Below, one piece after another: positions 52,966 to 63,500 of a stretch of 64,000 nt of DNA; the stretch's first letter is position 1; every line of letters starts with the position of its first letter. Under the pieces are notes generated by a model. That model saw nothing but the letters and a program-made list of their open reading frames with translations, ran no database searches and had not been told where the DNA came from. The DNA is from Candidatus Poribacteria bacterium (GTDB lineage Bacteria; Poribacteria; WGA-4E; PCPOR2b), in the NCBI GenBank assembly GCA_965218095.1, contig OZ244587.1:1-64000 (forward strand), in the 5' to 3' direction. Both the position numbers and the translations under genes were made by a program.

Positions 52966-53988
52966 TTAAACTGAGAGGTAAGTAATGATGTTAGCAACGT
53001 GCATCACAAACTCGGTGGTAATCTCGATCTTGTCAGCCACAGTGGGGTTGGGCGTCCAGAACTTCGTGTTTTCCCAGTATCCGTCTTCGCGCTGATGTTC
53101 GACGAACCAGTTGCCTAGACGCACCGTCCAATCCCGATAGTGCCTTTCCCGCGTCGCCACGTACAACAGCCCCGAGCCCCAACCCGACTGGCACGTTTGC
53201 ATGGATTGGAATTGACATTCGTTGGTGGTCATGGAGAACGCCTGGTACTTCCGCGCCAAATTCAGCCAATTCCTTTCGCTAGTCGCCATGTGGAGTTGAG
53301 TGAGAAATGCCGCTGCGATGCCCCCGTTGAAATGGTGCTGCCACGGTTCGTCCTTCTTCGTGAGGTAGAGCGCTTCTTGTTCTGGCGCGTAGTCCATAAC
53401 TAGACCTTTGGCTGGGCTGTAAACGTGGACGTGGTAGAGTTTGTGCAAGACGTCTGGCTGTAACGCCCACAGGTGCCTAACCCACTCACCAGCCTTCCGG
53501 GCAGCCTCGACTTGACCGACCAGAAGCAGCGTCATACCGCCCTGGCAGGTCGGAAAGAGTTCCTGCTCACCCGTAGTAGTCATGTCCTGTCGATTGTTGT
53601 AGAACCCACCGGATTCGGGCTCTTGCCAGGTGAGCAGGTGTTTGCTCCCACGGTAAACGATGTCAAATCGTTGCAGCAGCGTCGCACCAACGATGAGGCA
53701 GGTGAGGGGGTAACTTCCGTAGCGGCTATCAAATACCCTCTGTGGCGATACACCTTCAAACGCGCCCACCGGCGAGAACATGTGACGATGGATCCAATTC
53801 AACACCCGGCTGGCAGCCGTGAGCTCCCCCACCAGGGCAAAGCTCCACGGGACACGATAGTAGTACAGGCCATCCTGGACAGGGCCGATGGAGCCGTTTG
53901 GGTTCATGAAGTTCAGTAACCAATCGGTGCCTTTGCGGCATGCCTGGCAGTATGTAACCAGTTTCTTTTCGATGTCGTATCCTGTTAT
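52966..53988 (-). pseudogene. Hypothetical, probably alpha/alpha-barrel protein; ATA in place of ATG start
   Basis: SD GAGGTG, 7 nt, then ATA; frame open for 340 aa; QxxxGGF and QxxDGYW repeats. Confidence 0.6.
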
Positions 53989-54002
53989 TTTTATTCACCT
54001 CG

Positions 54003-54776
54003 CTATAGACGTAGTAATTCTCCGGCAGGTCCAGCGAGTCGATAAATCGCCTCAACTTCATCACCGGAGAATTCAACATCCAAAATCAGCAATTCATCAA
54101 TCTTCCCAACATATCGCTGGCCCAGGCCGATTGTCAATTTCTCTACGTTCCAAGTCAGCTGGTGAGCATACCCCTCCATCCAGCCTCGACGAACGCCATC
54201 TATGTACAGGGCAGCCGCGGCATCATTCCGACCGGTGTTCACGTTGCGCCATGTCGCCACGAGGTGATGCCAATCGCCGGATTTCCATCCGAGCTCGCTC
54301 ACAACGATAAGCTGTCCGCCGACGTATCGGTCCTGAGCGGGGCTGTCCCCGTAAATGCCGAACCGCAGCTTTCTTGGTGAACCGTAACGCTCGTCGTTTG
54401 GGCGGGTCAGGTCCAGATAGAAAGAACCATCCGCCGAATGATGGCTAATGTGAAAAGGATCCACCGGATACTCATCGGACAGATCGGCGTCCGGATCGCC
54501 GTTAAGCCACAGTGAGACGGTCCCCGAAAATGGCTCCGCGCTATAAGGGAAATTATCCTTCGCAGCATAGAAAAATTCATCCTCCACCCAGCCGTGGTCT
54601 TTGGCGTTGAAAACTAGCGCGCCGCCGTAACGTCCACCAGTCGAATCGTGACGTACTACCTCTGGATGATAAGTTGCCGTCCTATCTCCACGACTGAAAT
54701 CGGCGTCTATCATCCTGTCGAAAGAAGCGTAGACACAGATATGTTCTCGTAAATACTCGGCAAGGTCTTTAGACAT
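54003..54776 (-). CDS. LamG/concanavalin A-like domain protein
   Basis: GTVSLW, WHHLVATW, LYIDG, GKIDELLI. Confidence 0.8.
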   Translation of the reverse strand: MSKDLAEYLREHICVYASFDRMIDADFSRGDRTATYHPEVVRHDSTGGRYGGALVFNAKDHGWVEDEFFYAAKDNFPYSAEPFSGTVSLWLNGDPDADLSDEYPVDPFHISHHSADGSFYLDLTRPNDERYGSPRKLRFGIYGDSPAQDRYVGGQLIVVSELGWKSGDWHHLVATWRNVNTGRNDAAAALYIDGVRRGWMEGYAHQLTWNVEKLTIGLGQRYVGKIDELLILDVEFSGDEVEAIYRLAGPAGELLRL

Positions 54777-54842
54777 GGTTCGCAGGTTCTCTTTATTGGT
54801 TCGTAACGTCTCGTTTTTGACTGCCAACTATCTCTTATTGAG

Positions 54843-54879
54843 TTGACAACAGTATATACTAAAATATATACTTGTTCAA
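54843..54879. promoter_or_regulatory. Overlapping opposite-strand sigma70 promoters with palindromic operator(s)
   Basis: Plus: TTGACA-18-TATACT; minus: TTGAAC-17-TATACT; AGTATATACT palindrome. Confidence 0.65.
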
Positions 54880-54976
54880 TCAGAAAATAGAAATTCGCTA
54901 ACCTTCGGAAGGTACAAAACCAATTGACAATGATTTGAGGCATGCAACGGTGACATGATAAACCTTTGTCTTGAAC

Positions 54977-56288
54977 TGAACTTACCCCCATCCTTTAGAC
55001 AGCAATGAATGAGACTTAAGATAGACAATCTGACCAACTCGGTCAGGGTGAAACGCCTGAAATTATTGGAAATACACCCCGTGCGGTGTTCGATAATTGA
55101 GCAATTGATGAAACCGCTGTTGATTGTAAAAGTTGAAATAGTCTCTCAATCGACGCCAAGCTGTAGTAACGGAGTCATAGTCGTTGAGATAGACCTCCTC
55201 ATACTTGACACTCCGCTAGAGACGCTCAATAAAGATGTTGTCAAAATAGCTGCCTCTGCCGTCCCAACTGATGGCAATCTGAGCCGCTTCAAGTCGAGCG
55301 GTAAAAGCATCAGAAGTAAATTGACTGCCTTGGTCGTTGTTGAATATCAACGGTCTCGATTGGCTAAGTGCGCGTTCGAGAGCCGACAGACAAAAGTATA
55401 CGTCTAGTGAGTTTGAAAGTTCCCACGACACCACGTACCGGGAAAACCAATCCATAACCGCTACCAGATAAACAAAACCACGAGTCAAGCAAATATAGGT
55501 TATATCCGTTGCCCAGACCTGATTCGGTCTGATGATACTTAATCCCTTCAGTAGATAGGGATACATCTTCGACGGTTTAGCTATACCCGAGGGCTTGGGC
55601 TTGGGCTTGGGATAGATGGCAGCCAATCCCATCTTTCACATCAACCGAGCCACCCGCTTTCGATTGACAACATGCCCTTGGGAACGAAGCCATACCGTCA
55701 ATCGAGGGACGCCATAGAACGGTGTCTTTGTGTACTGCTCATCTATCAGACGCATATAGAGCAGATTGTGTGGCGACTCGCCTACGGGTCGGTAATAGAA
55801 CGAGGCACAAACCCAGCAGTTCGCATTGTCTGACAACCGACGGTGAATGGCACCCCTTTTCAACAAGCTGCCGCTTCTGTTCAACGGAGCAGTTGCGTTT
55901 TTTTTTGAAGCCAGTCGAGTTCCACCTTCAACTGTCCGATTTGGCGATAGAGTTCATCAACTAACTGGTCGTTGTCAGAGGCTGCTTTTGGGCGTCCGTT
56001 TGCAAGCAGTTGAGGTAGTTGTTCAAGAGCCTGCTTTTTCCATTGGCTCACTTGAGTCGGGTGGACACCGTAATGACTGGCAATCTGAGCGACGGTTTGT
56101 TGGTTTTTTATCGCCTCAATAGCCACCTGTGCTTTGAATCGACCATCGTACTGTTTTCTGTGGGACATGGTATGAAAACTCCTTTCTTTTTCTGGGCGTT
56201 TCTGACCCATATTTTCGCACAGATGATGACCGGTTTGCCAGTTAGAAATCCATCTTAGTCAACTGTCTAGGTTTTGGGGGTAATTACA
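54977..56288 (-). mobile_element. IS3-family element, second type (orfB frameshifted and nonsense-mutated)
   Basis: TG...CA termini with imperfect TIRs, TSD AAC; orfA HTH, WATDITYI, DQGSQF, ERL*RSVKYE. Confidence 0.92.
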
Positions 56289-56320
56289 AACTTATAGCGA
56301 GTAAAACGTGCGCTTCTCCC

Positions 56321-56381
56321 GTCATCCTGAAAAAAGCAAAGAATCTCTTGCACCCTAACGAGGAGATTCTTCGCTGCGCTC
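56321..56381. repeat. GTCATCCTGA-type REP-like palindrome
   Basis: GTCATCCTGAAAAAAGCAAAGAATCTC ... GAGATTCTTCGCTGCGCTC; related arm CTTCGCTGCGCTC near 15140. Confidence 0.75.
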
Positions 56382-56456
56382 TATTAAACTGCCAAGAAAC
56401 TACCTGCAATGAGTTCCTTCTCAAAATGAGCCTTCCGAAGGTTCTAACGGAAGTGA

Positions 56457-57623
56457 GTGACGACTGAAATGACCGTGGTCAAGCAAGATCATTCTCATGC
56501 GAGAGAGTTGAGGGTCGTGGTGGTCGGCGCGGGGATTGTCGGGGCATCAATAGCCTACCATCTGTCACGTCGTAAGAATGTCGTTGTGACTGTCCTTGAG
56601 CGAGATGAACTGTGCGCAGGAGCGTCGGGACATTCGTTTGCCTGGTTGAATGCCTTTGGCAAAGATCCCGTGAGCTATCACCACTTCAATCGCCGGTCAA
56701 TGGACATCTGGCATCGATTTGCTTACCGGCTGGCGGCGGACCTTGACCTCCACTGGGGTGGTGAACTTCGCTGGGAAAACACGCCGGAGAAAGCCGAGGC
56801 ATTGCACCAACGTATCAAGCTACTGCAGGAGCGAGGCTATCCCATCCGTATCATTTCAATCGACGAACTGCACGAACTTGAATCCGGACTCTCTCCCGGC
56901 GCAGTGACAGCCGCTTCTTTTTCAGAGATTGACGGGCGGGTCGAACCACGCAAAGTGATTGAAGCCTGTTTACAACGTGCGTGTGAAAGCGGAGCCGTGG
57001 TGCATACCCAGACCTCGGCCACCGGGCTGTGCCTTGGAGAGAAGGGAAATATAGAGGCGGTTAAAACACCCAACAGAGAAATCGGTTGTGATGTGGCAGT
57101 GTTGGCGAGTGGGGTTGCCACAACGGAACTTGCCGCCATGGCCGGTGTCTACATCCCGCAAGAGGAGAGTCCAGGTGTGGTGATTCGCACCGATCCACAG
57201 CCGCGTGTACTGCATAACGTTTCGGTGCTTCATCTTCTGTCTATTGATGAAGACCGGCCAGAAATTTATCTGCGACAATCTGCCGACGGGACGCTCGCCA
57301 TCGGTCAAGGCTCGCAGGAAAGCGTGGACCGAGATGATTCTCAAGCACATGCTGATGCACTTTTGAGTCACGCTGTGCATTATCTGCCGGCCCTGGCCGG
57401 CGCGCGAGCAATTCCAGTACCGGTCGGTTTTCGTCCAATGCCGATTGACGGTTTGCCGGTGCTGGGGTTTTGTCAAGCGGCGCCGAATCTGCACATTGCT
57501 TTGATGCACAGCGGGGTCACGTTGGCGCCTTTGGTGGGTGAGTTGGCGACGTTAGAGATTGTTGATAATGCGCGAGTTGAGATGCTTGCGCCATACCGGC
57601 CGGATCGGTTCAGAACTAAATAG
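56457..57623 (+). CDS. FAD-dependent oxidoreductase (DAO family)
   Basis: VVGAGIVG, ASGHSFAWLN, GFRPMPIDGLP, HSGVTLAP. Confidence 0.92.
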   Translation: MTTEMTVVKQDHSHARELRVVVVGAGIVGASIAYHLSRRKNVVVTVLERDELCAGASGHSFAWLNAFGKDPVSYHHFNRRSMDIWHRFAYRLAADLDLHWGGELRWENTPEKAEALHQRIKLLQERGYPIRIISIDELHELESGLSPGAVTAASFSEIDGRVEPRKVIEACLQRACESGAVVHTQTSATGLCLGEKGNIEAVKTPNREIGCDVAVLASGVATTELAAMAGVYIPQEESPGVVIRTDPQPRVLHNVSVLHLLSIDEDRPEIYLRQSADGTLAIGQGSQESVDRDDSQAHADALLSHAVHYLPALAGARAIPVPVGFRPMPIDGLPVLGFCQAAPNLHIALMHSGVTLAPLVGELATLEIVDNARVEMLAPYRPDRFRTK

Positions 57624-57810
57624 CAAGACAGCGAGGGCGATTTCGGCGTGTTGATACACCCGACGCCGCATCAAATTGCGCTTTTTTATCCGCGAATCGT
57701 CGCGAATCTTCACGAATAAGGAACATAAACGGTGAAGTTGTGTAACATGCTCTAAAGAAGATATGACACGGTCAAGCAATTGAAATTAGCAGATAATATC
57801 CTGCCATAAC

Positions 57811-57867
57811 TGTAGGTCGAGTTTCCATACTTGACTATCTTCGTCGAGATATGAATCTCGACCTACA
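57811..57867. repeat. GTAG-family REP doublet
   Basis: TGTAGGTCGAG...CTCGACCTACA; other GTAG-type palindromes near 58342-58411 and 60225-60257. Confidence 0.8.
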
Positions 57868-57961
57868 AGCGTCCATGAATCTTTAGTTTGGTCAAGCAGT
57901 CGTATCACCAGTTAAACAATTCAGGGCGTGTTCCCTGGAAACATTACTCGGAGGTTTAGCT

Positions 57962-58330
57962 ATGATTCAAGTGAAAGAACAACTGGAACGGTGCCTGGAC
58001 AAATTTCGCGCCGGCACGCTTACTGAACAGGATTTGCACGAAGCATTGCAAAGTCTCAATAACCAGATGGGTGCGGAGACGAAGCCGCAGCGTCTGTTGT
58101 ATCTTCAGGCCACGAACACTTCAGTGACCTCAACGGTCGAAGGGATGTCGATCGTAGAGGGCGACAGCATACATAACGGTCCTGACAACCCCGATGACTG
58201 GCCTTACCAGACAGTGCATGAAGCGATACTCGACGGGTGGCGTGTTGTCAAATTCCCTGAAATGACACTGATGCTGGTAGGGGAAAACGAGACGTACGGG
58301 CTCGGCTGCGAATTTATCCTCGAAAAGTGA
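57962..58330 (+). CDS. Hypothetical protein upstream of PhyH pair
   Basis: SD GGAGG; motif WPYQTVHEAILDGWRVV...EFILEK; no family named. Confidence 0.8.
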   Translation: MIQVKEQLERCLDKFRAGTLTEQDLHEALQSLNNQMGAETKPQRLLYLQATNTSVTSTVEGMSIVEGDSIHNGPDNPDDWPYQTVHEAILDGWRVVKFPEMTLMLVGENETYGLGCEFILEK

Positions 58331-58442
58331 ACCCACAATCACGTAGAGCGGTCCGATTCTCAGATGAGCACCGCCAAGCCTATCCCGATCCATCGGGGCC
58401 CGTTCCCTTACAACCTTTACAACCGACGAAAGGACTTTAGTG

Positions 58443-59291
58443 ATGATCAACGAAACTTATGATTGCGAGCCGATGCTGACAGATTAGCAGGTAATCGAAT
58501 TTTGCCAGAAGGGGTTTACCATCCTCGAAGGGGTGGTGCCAGACGAGACCAACCGCCTCGTCCTCGGCTTTATGGACGAGCATCCCTCTTTAGAACCGGT
58601 CGAAATCCTGGCTGAGAACTGGTTCGTCGAAGGCGTCATCAAGAATCCACGGGCAGCGGGTGCGGTAAGATCGCTCTTGGGGAAAGATTTCAAGCTGCCG
58701 ATGATCATGAGCAACCATCGTGTCCAGTGCCCCCGGTCTCTGACTTGCGGTTGGCACCGCGATGGCGGCACGGTTGACGCAACGCGGCTTGGGTTTCTAC
58801 AGGTATTTTATTACCCGCAGGACACACCGACAGAAATGGGGCCGACCGAATTGGTGCCCAGTTCGCACCTGGTTCGTGCCAAACGCCGCTTCATGAGTCA
58901 TTATGGCGCCATCCGCAAAGGAGTAAAGACGGCAGCGCCGGCGGGGTCAATTTTCATTACCCACTACAGTATCTGGCATCGCGCCACCTCCTCCACCGCT
59001 AGCGGCATCCGCAACCTACTCAAGTACAATTACCGGCGGACAGTCCCGCCGCAACGTGACTGGGTCGTTGATCCTTCTACCGACTTTATGCAGGTGAAGT
59101 TCAGGCCCGATGTCTCCATGCTTGAAAAATGGTACGACTCCATCCATGTCGCGCGGATGTTTCAGTGGCTGTGCGGTCTGGGCGATGATTTCGAGTTTGA
59201 GGGCGGCCAATCCTGGCCAATCACGGCTGGGGGCGGCTACAACACAACCGAAGGGCTACCATCCGGATTGGCTCAACCGCACAATGCTTAG
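58443..59291 (+). pseudogene. PhyH-family dioxygenase with TAG at codon 15
   Basis: SD AAAGGA; MINETYDCEPMLTD*QVIEFCQKGF...; WHRD, VPSSH, IWHR. Confidence 0.8.
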
Positions 59292-59310
59292 ATATAAGGG
59301 GTATCCACAG

Positions 59311-60162
59311 ATGAAACTCTCGCAGAAAAAAACCCGGTCAGAACCGAACGCTTCGCCGACGGATGCACGCGCAAAGCCAGTCGCCGAGCTCATCCCTTAT
59401 GACAACCGAGAGGACAGGGCGCAAGCGATGGAACGCGACGGTTTTGTTTATTTCCCTGTCGTCCTTAATGAACAAGAGATCCAGGTGTTACGCGCATGTT
59501 CGGATCGGATTCAGACGGTCGGTGTTCCGGGGTGGGATTTTATTGACCCTAACGGCAGCGGGGTTAAGACCATCCAGAATGCGTTTAATCGGGACCCGCT
59601 GTACCTCGATTTCCTGGACAAGCCGGGCGTCATCGAATTGGTTGAGGATGTCTTGGGCGACGACTGTCACATCATCCAGATGACGCAATGGAATACAGGG
59701 AGGCGGGAGGATCAACGAATGCACACGGATTGGAAACCAATCTTCCTGCCCGATGATGTGGCGATCGATCCGCGGGTTAAGATTCCGGCGCTGATTATGA
59801 CCGCCCATTTTTATCTGGACGATATGTACGAAGCCCTTGGTCCAACGCGGATAGTCCCCGGCAGCCACCGGGCCGGCACCAAGCCTGAACGCGATCAAGA
59901 CGAGTGGAACGGCGTCAGGGAGCAGTCAATTCTCTGCAAGGTGGGTGACGTGATCGTTTTCAGAAGTGACGTGTGGCATCAAGGCGGTGCCAACCGCACC
60001 GATCAAGTTCGCTATCTGTTGCAGGTTCACTACGCAAATCGGTGGATTGCGCAACGATTCCCGCCCTTCCTGAGTTTTCAATTTGACCCAGAAATTCTTT
60101 CGCAGGCGACCCCGCGTCAGCGCCGGTTGTTGGGAGAGCATTGCCCGGGGCCTTTCGCTTGA
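59311..60162 (+). CDS. PhyH-family dioxygenase
   Basis: ERDGFV, MHTD, VPGSH, VWHQG, R before YLLQ. Confidence 0.9.
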   Translation: MKLSQKKTRSEPNASPTDARAKPVAELIPYDNREDRAQAMERDGFVYFPVVLNEQEIQVLRACSDRIQTVGVPGWDFIDPNGSGVKTIQNAFNRDPLYLDFLDKPGVIELVEDVLGDDCHIIQMTQWNTGRREDQRMHTDWKPIFLPDDVAIDPRVKIPALIMTAHFYLDDMYEALGPTRIVPGSHRAGTKPERDQDEWNGVREQSILCKVGDVIVFRSDVWHQGGANRTDQVRYLLQVHYANRWIAQRFPPFLSFQFDPEILSQATPRQRRLLGEHCPGPFA

Positions 60163-60300
60163 GTGGATTTTCAAAGAGCAAAACCTATTTTGACTGTTAG
60201 CCTAGACTAGAATTGGGAATGAGAGTAGAGCGGGTCCGAGAATCGGACGGGCTCTACGAGGAAATCTAACAAAGTTAGACTATTTCTTGTAAAGGAAATC

Positions 60301-60546
60301 ATGTACGAATTAGCTGTTGTGCAACACTTCGCTGAAAGGGGCATCCGACAAGGCATTTTACAAGGACGTATGCTTTCAGTTCTTGATCTCATTAGCGAAC
60401 GATTTAACCCAAATAACACAGAGATTCTCAGGCCGACCCTTGAATCAATTGAGGATGCGGATCTCTTACGCCAGATTCTTGTTAAAGCGGGTGAAGCCGA
60501 AACCTTTAGCGAGTTTCAGCAAGCGTTGAATGCACTGAGTTCTTAA
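60301..60546 (+). CDS. Stand-alone Rpn/YhgA-type C-terminal (DUF4351-like) domain
   Basis: ERGIRQGILQG repeat followed by ERF...IEDADLL helical domain; no nuclease domain upstream. Confidence 0.65.
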   Translation: MYELAVVQHFAERGIRQGILQGRMLSVLDLISERFNPNNTEILRPTLESIEDADLLRQILVKAGEAETFSEFQQALNALSS

Positions 60547-60596
60547 TCACTATGTCTTGACAAGATCTCACACTCAATCATGGAGGAAAACAAAGC

Positions 60597-63500
60597 ATGA
60601 ACAATTCTCAATCAAATTCAAGTTTGTTGCAGGGGCTCAAATGGCGCTGCATTGGCCCGCCACGTGGCGGGCGCGTTGTCGCTGTCGCAGGGCATCCCAC
60701 AGAACCAGCGGTTTTCTACTTTGGGGCGTGCGCAGGCGGTGTCTGGAAAACGAACGACGGCGGCACGTACTGGGAGAACATCTCGGACGGATTCTTCAAC
60801 ACCGCCGCCGTAGGCGCCATCGCAGTGGCAGAATCCGATCCAAACGTCATCTACGTCGGCACCGGCGAAACGACCATCCGCCTCGACGTCTCTTATGGCG
60901 ATGGGGTATATAAGTCCACCGACGGCGGAGCAACCTGGACTCACGTCGGATTGGCGGATACCCACCATATTGGAAAAATCCGCATTCACCCGCAAGACCC
61001 CGACCTGGTCTATGTGGCGGCGCTCGGCCATGCTTTCGGGCAAAACGAGGAGCGCGGCGTCTTTCGCTCCAAGGATAGCGGCGCAACCTGGGAAAAAGTG
61101 CTGTTTCGCAGTGAGAAAGCTGGCGCGGTCGATCTGTCAATGGCCCCGAACAATCCCCGTATCCTCTACGCCACGATATGGGAAACCTACCGCAATTTCT
61201 GGGAACTTTCGAGTGGCGGCCCCGATAGCAGCTTCTACAAATCCACCGATGGAGGCAATACCTGGACGGAGCTCACTGACAACTCCGGTTTCCCTGAAGG
61301 CATCAAGGGCAAAATCGGCGTTGCGGTTTCCCCCGCCAAACCCAACCGAGTCTGGACAATCGTCGAAGCAGAGAAGGGTGGGCTGCACCGTTCAGATGAT
61401 GGGGGCAAAACGTGGGAACTGTTGACGGATAACCGCGATTTGTGGAGTCGCCCTTTTTATTACTGCCACATCTTCGCTGACCCACAGGACCCCGACACGG
61501 TATATGTCCTGAACCTCAAGATGTGGAAATCGACCGATGGGGGACATACTTTTACAGAGATTACTACGCCCCATGGAGATAACCACGATCTGTGGATAGA
61601 CCCACGCAACCCTCGGCGCATGATTGAAGGCAACGACGGTGGTGCGTGCGTCTCGTTCAACGGCGGCGAGACCTGGTCTACCATCTATAACCAACTCACG
61701 TCGCAGTTCTACCGCATCGACACCGACAACCGATTTCCCTACCGCGTCTATGCCACGCAGCAGGACAATTCAAGTATCAGCGTGCCGAGCGCCACCGAAT
61801 ATGGCGGTATACACTGGGTTGACTGTTACCCGGTCGGCACCGGTGAGAGCGGTGACATTGTGGTTCACCCCGATGACCCAAATATCACCTACATTGGGGC
61901 GGTGGGGAGTTCACCCGGGGGCAGCGGAGCGCTTCAGCGTTACGATCATCGCACACGCCAGATCCGGTTGGTCAATGTCTGGCCCGAAGAGTATGCCGGC
62001 TTGGGGCCAAAAGATCTCAAGTATCGCTTCTCCTGGACGTTTCCCATTGCGTTCTCACCCCATGATCCGGATGTTCTCTATACAGCAGGCAATCTGATCT
62101 TCCGCTCGACAGACGAAGGGAGCAGTTGGGAGGCGATTAGCCCGGATCTGACTCGCAACGACACAACCAAGCTGGGCCCGTCAGGCGGCCCCATCACCAA
62201 AGACACCAGCGGCGCTGAACACTACGCCACAGTGTACGCTTTTGTCGAATCCCCGCACGAGGCCGGCGTCTTTTGGGCCGGCAGCGACGACGGCCTGATT
62301 CACATTTCCAGGGATGGCGGACAGAATTGGAGTAATATAACCCCACCAGATTTGTCCGAATGGTCGTTGATTAGCAATATCGAAGCCTCACCACACGACC
62401 CGTCGACGGTTTACGTGGCTGTCACTCGGTACAAGCTGGACGATTATCAGCCCTATCTGTACAAGACAAGCGATTACGGACAGACCTGGAGTACAATCAG
62501 CGGCAGTTTTCCCGACGGCGAAATCACTCGTGTCATTCGTGAAGACCCGGTTTGTCCCGGTTTGATCTATGTTGGTACGGAAACGGGGGTCTACATTTCA
62601 CTCGACGATGGGGTGAGTTGGCGGCGGCTACAGAATAGCCTGCCGGTCGTTCCGGTTTACGACCTGAAGATCAAGGACGGCGATCTCGTCGCGGGGACTC
62701 ACGGCAGATCTTTCTGGATTTTGGATGACTTGACACCGCTGCGACAGCTTACAGAAGAAACGGCGCAGGTGCCTGCCCACCTATTTGAGCCACGCCTGAC
62801 CTACCGCCGCTGGTTGCAGTGGGCCGTTGGCATGTTCCGCAGCGAGACAGGTAAAAACTACATGATGGCGCTGGGAGCACCCGCGACCTTCTATGTGGAC
62901 AAATCGCCCGAAGGCGAGCGGATGCGCAGATACCTCGATGCTGGAGAAGGTCCGCCACAGGGTGTTATTGTCTACTATCTACTGAAGGATACACTCACCG
63001 ATCCAGTGACGCTCACGTTTCTCGACGCTGGAGGAGAAAAAATCAAAACCTTCACGACTAAAACTGAAGATTCCGACGAAGCCAAAGATGATGAAACAAG
63101 CTCAGAAGCCAAGGAAGACCGCTACATTCCAGTGGAGCCGGGACTGAACCGTTTTGTGTGGGATATGCGCTATCCGGATGCACAAGAGGTGACGATCGAT
63201 TCGATCACTGAGAAGCCCACAACGCATCCCTCAACCCCGCCAGATCGGCCTGAGAATGGCCCTCTTGCCGCGCCGGACGCCTATCAAGTGCAACTCAAAG
63301 TCGGCGATCAAACCCATACGCAATCCTTCGCGCTCCGCAAAGACCCACGGCTGACTGCGAGCCAAACGGACCTGGATGCCCAGTTCGAGTTGTGGCGCCA
63401 GATTCGTGATAAGCTGTCGGAAACCAACGAAGCCATCAACAACCTCCGCCGCATTCAACGACAGGTAAAAGAGTGGACGCTTCGTGTAAGCAAGATGGAG

